A stretch of 64,000 bases of DNA from Vicugna vicugna (Eukaryota): contig MU058478.1 of NCBI GenBank assembly GCA_013265495.1, forward strand, positions 249,816 to 313,815, read 5' to 3'. A program made the translations under genes and the position numbers. Below are positions 36,875-50,445 of this stretch, one piece after another. The stretch's first letter is position 1. The number at the start of each line of letters is the position of its first letter. A model generated the notes under the pieces. That model ran no database searches and was not told the DNA's origin. It saw nothing but the letters and a program-made list of their open reading frames with translations.

Positions 36875-39784
36875 TTTTAAAGTGATTTTTAAAATTCTCT
36901 GAGGAGATATGTGTCTTCTGTTTTCCTTTTTTGCTTCAGTGTAGCTATTTTTGATGAAACTACATGATGTCAAGTCCACAAGGAACAGAGTTTATTGCAG
37001 AAGGTCAAGAGAGCGCAGGACCTCATCTGGACACACATCTCTCTAGCTCTGGGTCAGCTTCTAGATTGCCAAGTGACACCCCCTGGGGCTAGATCTGTGC
37101 ACTGGTGACAGTCATTAAGAATTTTCTTGTGGCTCAAGAGGGACTTGCCATGGTCTTCTGGCAAAGAGGGACCCACCCCCGCCATCCTTTCGTTGCAAGC
37201 TGCCTGGAGGTGTTGTAACAGTGCCGAAGGCTGAGTGCCTTTTCTGGGACCCCCCCCACCCCGCCCTGTGCCTGCCTGGGGCAGGGCTCACCTGCTGGGC
37301 TGCAGGCCATGCGAAGCTTGCCTTTTGTTGACTTCCAGCCAACTGTGATCAAAAGCCCTGAACATAATCTTAAAAAGGTAGCTTAGTGGCACCAACAGCT
37401 GGTAGATAATGCTAAATTCCCTGCAACCTGCTTTTACATCCTAGTGGGGTAAAAATCGATCTTCCCTTTACTGGGGAGAAATACAATAAAGCTGTAACTT
37501 TCCCAGTGTGCATTTGCGGGTTTCAAACTTTAAAAAAACTAAAATCATCTTTGTTTTTTGCAGAAACGTCTGGTAACTTTCGAAAGGATTTGTCACGTCG
37601 TTGGACAAACTGGGTCTATGATGGAAATCTGTCAATATATATATATATATATTTTTGACTGCTGAATCAAACGTGTTTTCAGCTGAGAAACAGGATCTTA
37701 ATAAACTTTTAAAGCAGTGTGTTTATTTTTAATTCTGAAATAATGAAAATAACACAATACAAATGAAATGCAAAACCGAATTTATTTCCTAACACTGGTA
37801 TAGACAGTTGCGTCCAAATTTGACGTTGATAATAAGAAAAGACAATAAAATTATATTTTATGTGTATTTTCCTGTAATTAAGTGGATTTGGGGCATTTCT
37901 TATTTTCAGCGACATGGATCTTTCCCATTCTAAAACAATTCTGGACAACTGAATATTATTACTATCGTGGATCACGGCCACTGATGAAATTGTGTGAATC
38001 CAGGTGTCTCGAGGTGAAATATATTTGAGATTACTAACTTGGATAATATTATATGTCTTCACTATAGATCATTGAGGTAACACTATCCAGACTTGATGAA
38101 GGTATGAATCACTGGAGAAAAAGCAGATTGGAAAGAAAATAAAGACTTAACTAAATGAATGTGTTATCTTGATCTTCTATAAGTGTAATCTTGCTCTCAG
38201 AATTTTACTCAGACGTATATGATTATAAGGATATACAATTTGCAGTTTGAGTTCCCCCCAAAAATCACCAAACCAAACACTTCTTTTAAGATGCAAGAAT
38301 TGAAATTAATATAGCATAAAAGGTAAATGATAGATTAAAAAAAATTAAAACAAATGTATTTCCCCTTTATGACCTCAGTTATAAAATTAAAGTTGGTGGA
38401 ACGCCTACACCGTTCTGCAATAATTGCTCCTTTCCAGATCTACGAGGCTGTCTTAAAGGTCCCAACTATATTTTGTTTAAAGATCAACAGTCAAGCTTAA
38501 ACACATAAATATTGTAGATTGATTTCCCTTATGCGTTATTATTCCGAATCTGATAATTAGAGATTAGCTTACCTCTCTGACAGACACTAACCTCTCTCTC
38601 TGAAGTATGTGCATTTATTTGGTTTCATATATTACAGGCAAATATATAAGACAAATATTTAATTTTATCCTAAAGTCTATAATTCTCACTGTTTCTAAAT
38701 TTACTTACATAATCAGCAGTAGTTCAAATAAGAGTTGATAAGATTCTTCTGTTCAAATTGAACTTTATGTAATTATTATTTCTACCACTGGTTAAGGTAA
38801 TATTTCTAGCATTTCTGTTGCTTAATATAATATCTTGTGGTGAATTTCGATTTCCTGAAACAAAGAATTCTCACGTTAAATTTTATGATTTGCATCAAGT
38901 GCGATGTGATAAACCTCTTAACGTGGAGACACTGAGACACCTGCCACTGTCCATTTGGTCTTTTCAGAAGCAAAACAGACCGGTATTGGTCTGACTCTCA
39001 TGACAACACAATTGTAGACGATTCTGAGAAATAAGACTGCTTTGAAATTTGTTTGAATAGTGCTGAATTCTTGTAAAAAATATTATGAGGTGATCATTAA
39101 AATGCAAATTCTCAAATTTTCAGAAACGTAAAATGTACATGGCACATTCTCATGAATTATTTTCCAATTTTCAACATTAGAAGACTTATCTGAAACCAAG
39201 GTCTTCACTTTTTCCAGTAACTTCAAGTTCTAAAGATACACAAGTATCTAAATTCAAATAAAATAACGCTTCCCTAAGTCTCTGACATGATGATTACTTT
39301 AAGAAATTTATGTCTATATTATTTGGTCCATTGTGGACAATGTTGCTATGTATATCCAAGAACACCTTTAAACTGCTACAAAAAAAAAAATCAGTCCATA
39401 ATCCTATACATTGTGAAATCTACTTTAGAAAAAACCAAAGAAAAAAGAATTCATTCCCAGCGGTTATAAATTTCAGGATATATTTCAGGAAGGATGTACT
39501 GTAGGACGAAGACAAATTATACCACATGGAAATTTTGATCGAAGCATTTAGTCACCTGTTACTAAAGGTTCTCCAAACTATGAAAGTTGAAAGAGAGTCC
39601 GCATGTCATTTCACTCATGGGGATTTTTTTATCTAGTCACGTGGGCCATCCCAGTCTCTGGGAAATTCACCTATATTTGACATTGTTACTTCCTCTTTTA
39701 TCAGAGCACAGACATTGGCTGTGTGGTGTTTTTATCTCATTGAAAAAATAACCCAAGACAACTATTATGGTTTCATTGCCCTGT

Positions 39785-40166
39785 AGATTATTTACCAGTT
39801 TTGTATATAACCAGCAATCTTATTCCTGCTGCCGCCATAACCACAAGTTTGTTTTCTATGTCTGTGAATCTGTTTCTCTCTTGTGAATAAGTTCATTTGT
39901 CTCTCTCTCTCACTTTTTTTTTTGATTCCACATATGAGTGTTATCATATGGTATTTTTCTTTCTCTTTCTGGCTTAATTCTCTTAGTATGATGATCTCCA
40001 GGTCCATCCATGTTGCTGCAAATGACATCCTTTTATTCTTTTTGATGGCTGAGTAGTATTCCATTGTGTGTGTATATATTCTATATCTCACATCTTCTTT
40101 ATCCAAGCATCTGTCAATGGACATTTAGGCTGCTTCCATGTCTTGGCTATTGTAAATACTGCTGCT
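39785..40166 (-). mobile_element. L1 ORF2 C-terminus/3'UTR fragment
   Basis: The ORF contains TMEYYSAIKKNKRMSFAATWMDLEIIILRELSQKEK. Confidence 0.9.
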
Positions 40167-41080
40167 TTTTTACACTAGTTTTAGTTTCACAGTATAATTG
40201 AGCAAAAAATACAGAGAGTTCCCATATACCTCCCACTCCCTGCCAACAGACTTGGCCTCCCCCATCATAAGTCCTGCATCACAGTGATATATTTGTTACA
40301 ATCGATAAATCTACATTGACATATCATGTCTTTGTCACCTAAAGTCCACAGTTTACATTAGGGTTCACTCTTTGAGTACATTCTGTAGGTTATGGCGAGT
40401 ATATAATGACATGTACGCACAATTATAGTATCATGCGAAATAATTTTCACTGCCCTAAGTATCTTCATCTTCCTTAACTTTTGAAAACCACTGATTTTTT
40501 TATTGTCTCCACAGTTTTGTTTTTTCCAGAATGTCACAGTTGGAATCATACAGTATGTAGGCTCTTCAGAGTAGCTCTTTCCGTGTCATAAAATGCATTT
40601 AGGTCTCCTTCTGTTTTTGTTTTTTCCCCCATGGTTTAAAACTTCATTTCTTTTTAGCACTGAATGCTAGTTCATTGTCTGGATGTGCCACAGCTTACTC
40701 ATCCATCCACCTACTGAAGCTCCTCTTGGTTACTTCCAAGATTTGGCAATTATTAACACAGCGACTGTAAACATCCGTGTGCAGGTTTTTGTGTGGACAT
40801 AGGTTTTCAACTCCTTTGAGTAAATATTAAGGGACATGATGACTGGATTGTATGGCAAGAGTGTGTGAAGTTTTGTAAGTAATGGCCACACTTTCCTTCA
40901 GAGTGTCTGTAGCTTTTTGCATTCCCACCAGCAATGAATGATCATTCCTGTGCCCCACATCCTCACCAGCATTTGATTTTGTCACTGTTTTGGATTTTCA
41001 CCTTTTCAGTAGGTGCATTGTGATATCTTATTGTTCTTTACATTTGCAGTTCCTTCATGACATGGTGTTGAGAATCTTGT
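40167..41080 (-). mobile_element. Older L1 (L1MC-like) 3' region
   Basis: GAGCAAAAAATACAGAGAGTTCCCATATAC; GCATTCCCACCAGCAATGAATG; CCACATCCTCACCAGCATTTG. Confidence 0.85.
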
Positions 41081-41119
41081 CTAATCAATAGATGTTTTAG
41101 AAGAACAAAGCTTAAGGGC

Positions 41120-42285
41120 TAACCCTCCAGTTACAAAACTTATGACATAGCCACACAAAACTTGCACAAAAATGTTTTAGAAGAATAGATTGCAACACTC
41201 AAAAATTGGAAACCTCCCAAATATTAATCAAATGATGATTGGATACATAAAATGTGATATATCAACACAACAGAACACTATATAGCCATGAAAAATGATG
41301 AACTACTGATACAAGCTACCACATGCATGGCTCTCAAAAATATTATGCTAACTGAAAAAAAAGACATAAGGGATCATTTATTATGTGATTTCATTTAGAT
41401 GAAGTGTCAAGAAAAGGCAAATCTACAGAGATAGAAAGTAAATTATTGATCCTGGAAGGCAGAACATGAAAATTGGGATTAACTGCAAATGGGTTGAAGG
41501 GATCTTATTGTTTGAAAAAATTTTTCTAGTACTGCTTAATTGCAATGCTTCACAACACGATAAATCTTCTAAAAGTCATAGAGTTGAACACTTGCAGTGG
41601 GTAAATTATAGGATATATAAAATATGTCTCATTGTGGCATTTTTTTTCACAGTATCCCTATATGGAAAAACTTGAGTGTCAGTTAATGAATAACTGTTTA
41701 AAAAATGGGATATATATATATATATCTCATATAGATATAAAAGACATAATATTACTATACATATACATAGGAATGGAATGTTATTAGGTCTTATAAAAGA
41801 AGAAAATTTTACCATTTACGACAATATGGATGACCGTGGAGGGCATTATGCTGAGTGAAATAAGCCAAACACAGAAAAAAAAAAATATTGCATGATCCTG
41901 CTTTTATTCAGAATCAAAAAAGTTTAAGTCATAAAATCAGACAGTAAAATGGTGGGTACCTGGGACTGGGAGGTGGGGGAAATGAGGAGATATTGATCAA
42001 AAGAGGCAAGATCTTAATCATGCAGAATAAATAAATTCTGGAGATCCAACGTATATACAACATGGTGAGGACAGTTAATAGCTCTATATTGTATACTTGA
42101 AATTTGCTGAAAGTGTAACAACACATACACAAAAGATAACTATGTGAAATGACTGGTATGTTAATTAGCTTGATTGTGATAAACGTTTCCCAGTGCATTC
42201 AAAACATATCAAAATATCAAACTATCAGATCGCATACCTTAAACACATTTGTCAATTACACCTCAACAACACTAGAAAAATTATG
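41120..42285 (+). mobile_element. Two adjacent old L1 3' fragments (about 41120-41640 and 41645-42285)
   Basis: GGCAAATCTACAGAGATAGAAAGTAAATT; GGAGGGCATTATGCTGAGTGAAATAAGCCA; TGTATACTTGAAATTTGCTGA. Confidence 0.8.
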
Positions 42286-45200
42286 AAATGTTAAAGCAAG
42301 TATCCGACAAAAATTAAACAATTTCCATACACACACCAGATATTTGAGTAATAATACATTCCTTCTAATTAACAGTCACATCACAAGGAGTGGCTTTCCA
42401 GAATTTCCGGGGGATGGGGAAAGAACGAGGTTATGCAAATTCTAGTGCCTTCCTTGGCAAAACAGCTACATCAAAATATTATTGGAACTGGGGAGTTTAA
42501 GGAGAGAGCTCCAAGAATCATGTTAAAACGTGGTATCAAATGTTGTCAATTCTGAGAAGCTGAAAAACCAGTTTTAAATTTTTCGGTAGGATTAAACATT
42601 CGCAACCACCCTCATCCCACAGCTCACCAGGAGCTCGAGGCTGGGAGTCCAGATGCAGATTATCCTGTTCTCAAATTGTGGAGATTACCTTACTCCACAT
42701 CATGATCCAATTGTGCCCCTGAAATTCATAGGAATTTTAAATGCATCTTGTTCAGTCTCGGTCATTGCCATGGACCCTGCCGCTCGGTGGGGCTCCAAAT
42801 ACAGAGAAAGCAAGAAACTGTCCTCTGAGACTCAGCAGACAAGCTCTGTGAAATTCGTTATTGGCCTGGGGTTCTGCAGAGCTTCCGTCAAAGCATCCTG
42901 CAGAGCTGCCTTCCAACGGAAGTGTTTAATCTCAAATAGGGTCATTGCCAACCATAGCCATCTGCAGCATTAGCATATTTTAAATACACCGAATGGATCC
43001 CCTCAGGGGAACACAGGTCTCCTGTAAGGCATAAAATTATCAGCAACCTATAATGTCTTCAAGAAGCATGAACTTCTGTTACCTCGTTTTTTGTCTCCTG
43101 TTTTTTTTCAGGAAAAAATGAAAATGGCCAAAAGCACCTGGTTGACACAAAGCCGTTAATATTTAAATGCAAAAATAAACTCATAACACAGCTCGCTTTG
43201 CTCTTTTGCCAGGAAGACTCAGATCCCGGCAGATCCTCTAGCAAATGGTATCAGTTAAAGCTGACACTGTATTAGGCTTCAGGCAAGAAAATTATTAGAT
43301 AAATGATATTTGTCATTTTTTTTATGCAAAATAATACTTTTTGCCTCTGTCAGGCACTGTCAGAGTCTCAGGTACTTTGGGTTTATCTAAAGTTGCTCTT
43401 TAAAAAAACCTTGGTCTTCCTTAAAGATATATTAAACACTACACAAGTTTCAAAAATAATGTTTTTACTAACTCCCTAAAAATTCGTATCCAACAACTGC
43501 AAATCTCAACTTTGTTAACAATGTAGACTCATTAAGTTCAATCTGGAATCATTTTGCTTTTCAGCAAAATTTTATTTTAATTTTGAATCATGTGACATTT
43601 AAGCATTACTTTTGTGTATTTTCTCCCTCATTTTGCTTTTAAAAGAAGAATGATCTATTTTTTCCTCAAAATCCTGACCAAGACGATATATATATTTGAG
43701 TAATAAAATACCTAAAAGTGGTTCTTAAATTGAAAGCCATTTGCTACTTAAAACGTGACCGGCTGGCAGGCATTGGTCCTCAAAGTTTTTCTTTCCAATC
43801 TCTTCCAGAAAAAGTACAGCAAAAGTTAGAAACTTTTACAGCAACTTAGTAAACTTTTTTTTCCTGTTGAATATTATCATTAAAAATAAGACTTCTAGAT
43901 ACATTTTTTTAACTTATTAATTTTTATTTCATTTTATAAACTATAGGTCTTAGAAGTTTTGGAAAAATTGCCCCTTTTTTTTAATAAAAATGGGTTGAGA
44001 AGAGAGGTTGGGAAAGGACCTGAGGTTTTGGTAACAATAAGGAGGTCCCCTTTGCAGGGGACCTCATGGATATGCAAATGAAATGGGAGATTTGTTTTGT
44101 GTTGCTGATTCTTCAAAGCAGAAAATCTCTTTGCTTCATTGTAACAGTGGCTAAAATAAAACCACAGCTTTGCTGGAAGTGTGTAAATGAAAATCTCTTG
44201 GCAAGAGGTCCCTAGCATCTGTACGAGGTCCCCACGGGATAATTACAGGTCACAACAGGTGACAGTAATGGGGACGGTGGGCTGGACATCACCTAAGTGT
44301 TCTAATGACCCACATTGAAGAAATCAAGGAATATCGGGGGTTCTAACGACAGTCAAGATCATCTAATGAGTCTTTCCAGGGCCCAGATAGGGCAAGTAAC
44401 TTGCCCCAGGTTGCACAGCAAATCCACGAGTGGCAGAGGCAGGGCTTAGTCTGGGCATTCAGCCCCCACCGTGATGTTCTGCATCTCCGGATGCTCCCTC
44501 TGCCCCTGGGGACTTCAAGATTTGAGGCATCTATCCTGACCCGCCCCCGAGATCAGTCTTTGAATGCTCATATCTGTACCTGATCACACATGAGGATGTG
44601 CAGACGTGCACCTGCTCCAGCCTCAACTCTGCACACCCTCCACCCTTTCCCAGACGTCGTGGGCATCTGTGTCTGCTCACCTGCCCTTCAAGGCAACAGC
44701 TCTGACCTTGGATTTCCAGCCCCTTGCCCAGCCGCAGCCTGAGCCCTCGAAGCAGACCTGTCACCTTGGCCAGGACAAGGTCTGTTCTCAGCAGGTCCTA
44801 CCCTCCCTGCCCCAGATGCCAATGAAAGTGGCTTTGTTTCAAAAAACCAGATTCAAACAATAAGTGACAATTAATTTTCCCAAACGGCTAATTAGCCTAA
44901 AATACAATTCTGACTGTTTTGCCATGTACTTTTATGTTCCATGCACTTTACACATAGTTTGGGATTTTTTTAAGAATATTTCTAGCAATTATGTTTATTA
45001 ATATGTATTTCTATAGAGCATTTAAAATGCTTATATTGTAGCAATGATAGATTTATTTTGCGTAAGGAGGATTCTCTTTTAAACACTGTATCTTCTTAGA
45101 GCACTTTGAAGAATTTAAGTGAGTTTACATAAAGGCTGCAGTAAACACTTTAAAATTAATTAGCTAATTAACTTTTATCGAAGCACAGTGGATTTACAAT

Positions 45201-45862
45201 GTTGTATTAGCTCCTGGTGTACAAAAGTTATATTAGACATTTAATTCTGTTCTTTATTTTATGTATGCCTAAGATCAATGAATATATTCAAATTTCCTCA
45301 AAGGTAATTTCTTTGGACCAAATTATTATTCATTGATTCTTCATTGGGAGCTGACTGGAGGTGCAGGGTTGTAAGAGGGGTGTTCAGGGGGGATCTCAGC
45401 CCTGCTGAAAACGCTTAGGTTCCTCTTTAACTTATTTCCTGATTTTGCTGTTAACTCCCTGACTCACTTTGTAACCACGTTAGGGATTGTGTTTGGCAAT
45501 TTTCACGTTAATTTCCCATTATTTTATAACTGTAATTGACTGATTTTGCCTAATTCCCCATTAGGACAGCAGCCATTTTGCCAGGGTACTTGATGGTAAT
45601 GGTGGTGGTGGTAGGAAGGGTTATAAATATTAAATTATTAAATCAATATGCAGATTTATCTCCCCTCCGTTCCAACACACACACACACAAAGGAAAAGCA
45701 AATGGTATTAATGATCGATGACACTTTTCACTGCAAGTTGAAAATCAATGGATGCCAACAGTTTTGAACTTGTGCTTGCCTCAGGTTAGGTGTTAAAATC
45801 TCATTCGATTAGCTTCTTGCAAGCGTCGCTGCCATGAGTGATAACACTGGGGACACGTAGAT

Positions 45863-45965
45863 CTTGTTTTTTGTTTGTGTTTTAGAGGAGGTACTGGGGA
45901 TTGAACCCAGGACCTCATGCATGCTAAGCAAGAGTTTTACCCCTTGGGCTATAAACCCCCTCTCT
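45863..45965 (-). mobile_element. tRNA-derived SINE (Vic-1-like)
   Basis: GAGGAGGTACTGGGGATTGAACCCAGGACCTCATGCATGCTAAGCA. Confidence 0.9.
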
Positions 45966-46551
45966 CCCTGAAGCTCTTTTTGAAGATGGATATAAACCAC
46001 CACCATGTAGAGACGTTCTCCTTTGTAAAACCACTTTTACCTTTGTCCAACTTCTTCTTCAGTGACCAGATGGTACCTTTGTTCAGCTAATTAGTTTCAG
46101 TGATCTGTTTCAGAAAAAGAAATTAATGCTATCTTCTTTTATGAGGCGTTGAAAATAGATACAACTGTATTTTTATTTCTTTTGTTTTTGATAGATGGGG
46201 AGCTTAAGCCAGATTTACTATAATAATAATAATAATAACCGAAATTTACAGATCTGATTTATTTTTTACCTCCACTCTGTGGCTTAAAATTTTAGCCATC
46301 AAGGGGCAATGGTTCTCTTTCGCGCAGCGTTCTTCAAGTCTTGTCTTCAGTGAACACACTATTATTTTATGCCCCTTGCTGTTTATCTTTCTGGATAATT
46401 TACTATAATCCCACAGTGTAAGTTTTTCCACTTAATTCTCTCTAAACAGAAAATATTGATGCCGCAAAACAGTTAAGAAACAGAAAAGTCTAAATTTTTC
46501 TTTTGAAAAAAATTACATTTTAGTTTAAACAGGTAGGTTTCACATCCAGGA

Positions 46552-46554
<3 letters not shown>

Positions 46555-46583
<29 letters not shown>
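46555..46583. repeat. (GT)n microsatellite
   Basis: Read directly from the sequence. Confidence 0.95.
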
Positions 46584-46585
<2 letters not shown>

Positions 46586-46904
46586 CTCTCCACACCCACC
46601 AAAAAAAATCAAACACACGTTTTCAACAGGATTAACAACAAAATGACATCTGCGGTATCTGTTCTAAGATCCAAATATTTGTTAAGGATCATAGTTCACC
46701 CTCCAGCCCTGGGTATCAGTTACTGGAATTTCCACAGGGCATCTCTTGAAAAGTCTATGAATACTTGAAGCACGTCTTTAAACTTGAATTCTGAAAACGC
46801 AAAAGTGAGCTTAAAATCGCCAAATCCATATGATAAATGAAAATGTTGTAGAATCTTCAACTGACCATCCCACGTGGTATTCCCTCATGGGGCTGGTTAA
46901 ACTC

Positions 46905-47428
46905 TGAAGGGTGCGAGCAGAACCCTGTGGGCACCTCCCGACCCCTGCCTCTTGTTAAGTAGCTGCAATGAGAAGAAACAAGAACTGGTTAAAACCAACC
47001 GAGTCCAAGATGGTGGAAGGCTTGACTTCCAATGGACCTTGAGCCTCATTGTACGCTCATTGTCATGCATTAGCGTCCCTCAGGGCCATGATAGTTGGTG
47101 ATTGTCATGACAGCGACTGGAAGACCCATACGAGGGCTGATTGGCTCCGTCACACCCAGAAGGAGGACATGGGGGCAGAAGCCTCCCATAAAAATCCACG
47201 TGGTCCCACCCACACCGGAGCTGTCTCTACTGGCCTTCTTGGCGGATGGCTCCCTGCGAGAGTCCTTCCTTTTCCTCTTTTGAGACATACAGCAGCTTTT
47301 TTGTTTGTTTGTTTAGTTGCTTTTTTATTTTGTCCCTCTGTCTCTGCTGCAAATTATTTCACAGCTGGCAGAAAGGACCCTGCTCTGTGACGGGTCTCCT
47401 AATTTAGAGGTCTCACTATCTCCTAATA
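46905..47428 (+). mobile_element. ERV1-class solo LTR related to the MER41-like LTR at 55213
   Basis: CCAAGATGGTGGAAGGCTTGACTTCCAATGGACCTTGAGCCTCATTGTACGCTCATTGT aligns by eye to 55313-55372. It has a CCATAAAAA TATA-like box. Boundaries are approximate. Confidence 0.65.
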
Positions 47429-48279
47429 GAACTACTTCCTTCTTCCTGTTCCTGTGTCTCAAATGTGAATCTTACTGTATCATCTCTGTCCTATGATTTC
47501 GTGGGGTTGGGCTCATGTGGGCAATTTCCAAAAAATCATGAAAGAGGATTTTCATCTTTTCATTCTTGGATTTGATTTCTACGTCTTGACCTATTTCTGG
47601 TCTTACTACCTTAATTCATTCCCGGTTACTCATTTCTGGTGTTTCTTTTTCCAATGTCTCTATCTCTCTGCTCTTATCAATACATGGTCTCCCCCGTGAG
47701 TAGAGGGGCTTCTAAGTCAAATTTTGACAGCAAGAGCTTCTATATTGGTCCTTGTATGAATGGTTCTTCCTGTGGATAAGGTGTTGCATTCTGCAAAACT
47801 TCTCTTTATTATTTCTAAACTTCCTCCATCTTTAAAGTCAAATCTTTGACAGACTCAAAACATGAGTTGATTGTGGAGAAGTATTTCTATTTTTTCAATC
47901 TGATTGCATTTAAACCTTTGCTTATAACATTGACGTCTACATTATTTAGCAGAGAAGGTTCTAATCTCCAATTTCCACTGGGTCAGGTTCCCAACTTTAA
48001 CACAACCTCTAAATTTACAAGAGCTGAGGGTCCCTATTGTGAGTCACACACAAATATTTCCAAGAGAAATAAACAAAAAACAGCAACAAACAACTGTCCC
48101 CTCATCCCGTAGGACCCCTAGGACTGGAAAGGGTATGAGTTTGGATGGAAATGTCTTTGGCTACTTGGACAAAACTCAAGTTAGACTCAAAGGCAACAAG
48201 AAATACATGATTTATTGGCTGCTGTTCAAATAAACCTGGAAATCTGTGTCTCTAAACATAATCGAAAACTTTTCTTCTG

Positions 48280-48525
48280 CTATATCTTCACATGTGTAAA
48301 CAAGCAGTTGTAGATGGTGAGTGGCCTTGCTTGTGGTCATTCAAGGACTGAGGCTTCTCCAATCTGTGTTCTGTTTTCTCTAGGACTTGGGAATCCTTGA
48401 CCTTCACTTAGGGGATGTGAGAAAAGATAGTGAAGGAGGTTTACCTACCTTTATACTTTAGCCATGAATGGAATGCAAAGATCCACTCACATTCTATTTG
48501 GGCAAAGAAATCACGGTCAGACTTT
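48280..48525 (-). mobile_element. Old MLT1-like LTR fragment
   Basis: GGTCATTCAAGGACTGAGGCTTCTCC...CCACTCACATTCTATTTGGGCAAAGAAATCACGGTC. Confidence 0.45.
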
Positions 48526-50264
48526 ACTGTTTTACAGTCTTTTAAATATGGAGCAACAGTACAGAAAATTATCTGATTAAAAAAAAAAGTTCCTTTATGT
48601 CATCTTTTCTGGGCAAGTTTCTCCAGATGCCAGGCTCTTGCAACACAAAGAACTTCTCCCTCAAAGCTTTGTAAACATTTGCAATTCCCCACCGGATGCC
48701 AACCGTAGCTAACATATGGTGCTATCAATGGAGTAGTCCAAAATGACTGCCCACACAGATAAACTCACTTTTAGCTGTCTTGTTCTTCCAGTTTAATGAC
48801 AGAGGGTTGGCTAACTCCGGCGCTATCTTCCAGCAGGAGAGAAACAGGCTCGGTTTCAAAATCCTGTTTCAAAGTCCATTCTTGAAGCACATCCCACCAT
48901 CCTCTGTATCTGTTTTGCTCTGCCATCCCCAGTTCTGATCAGATCTCAAACATACTCCTTATTTGCAGATATTAACTCTCTACGGCTGAATGTGCAATGC
49001 AGACAGCATCTCTGGGGGACAGCCACCCACGGAGGAGAGATGGATGAGTTCAGAGCATCCCCCTGACACTGCAAGACACAGACTTTCCTTAGCTAACAGG
49101 GTTTTCCCTCATTTCGCAAGGTTTGTTACTGTATTTATAGATTTTTTTCAATTAATAATTTAATTTATCAGAGCACAGTAATTCCTATTCCTAGCAGAAA
49201 GGCAATGGATGCTTGGAAATGTTGGACTTTGTGTCCTACTGAAAGGAAAATGTGTTGTGTGGGCCACCTGGCACAGTGAGATGACAATGATAATTGCACA
49301 GGGACCCCACGTTACATGTTTAGTCTGTACCAAACTGGGGTCTTGGTGCTTTGGGTGTCAGTTCATGAAACCTCCCCAGTGGAAAATCCTGTTGAGATAG
49401 ATGTGCTTATTGGCTCCGTTTTATGATGAAGGAGACTGAAGTTAATTATACGTCCTGAGGTTATTCATCTAGTAATAGATTAAAATAGACACACACACAA
49501 ATACACATACACATGTCTCATATTTATTCATTCTGCTTCTATGAAGTCCTTCCCTGTAATCCTAACCACGATTTCCTTTAAACTTTTTTTTTTACAGACT
49601 ATTTTTTTTCTTTTATTTTTTTATTAAACTAAAGCGTGTTTTATGGCCCCTTCCATCTTACAGAGCGGGGAAGAACATCTCTAGGACGTGTCTTCCGCTG
49701 GGGCCAAGATCCTTGTCCTGTTCATCACTGACAACATCTCTGGTTGTCCCCACCACCACCACCCCCTTACAGCAAGCATTCAATATCGAATTAACATGAC
49801 TTGAACAAATTCATAGTCATTGCTGTTTCCAACCCCATCCTCGCACCCCTTTCTATCCGGAATTGAACGCCGTGGGGTGAAAAAGCGATCTCTTTGAAAA
49901 ATCAGGGGATAAAGTTTGAGAAAAATAATTCTGGCTAAGCCCCTCACATCTTTATTCTTCAAGTTTCTTCTCTGTACAACAGACCTACAACCAACCTCAT
50001 AAGAACCACTATATAGTTGGATAACAAATCTGAAAACGTTCTGTGAACTGAATTGTATCAAACACCTTTGCGTTATTCTATGGCTGGCCCAACTGTAGCT
50101 CTGGTTTTAGCTACTTCCTGCCACAAAGTAGCATTAACCTGATCACTGTCCAACACCTGCTCTTAAAACCGTTTTATACTAATTAAGAAGAAAGGATATA
50201 AGCATAGACTATGGAAATATGAGCAGTGTGCGAGTTACATGATGGGAAAGGACGCCAAGAGGAC

Positions 50265-50445
50265 TGTCCACTTCTGGTGCACCGCACAATGCTTCAGTCA
50301 TACATGAATACACATATATTCATTTTCATATTCCTTTTCGTCATAAGTTCTACAAGATACCAAATATAGTTCCCTGTGCTGTACAGTATGAACGTGTTAT
50401 CTATTATATACATTATATAAATATATATATCAGTTAGAATCTGCC
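50265..50445 (-). mobile_element. L1 3'UTR fragment
   Basis: CAGTCATACATGAATACACATATATTCATTTTCATATTC...AATATAGTTCCCTGTGCT. Confidence 0.85.

Noticed and set aside
41080..41120. Head-to-head L1 fragments suggesting a twin-priming inversion
   Set aside because: The two pieces cover overlapping parts of L1 and have different 3'UTR types, so they are independent insertions.
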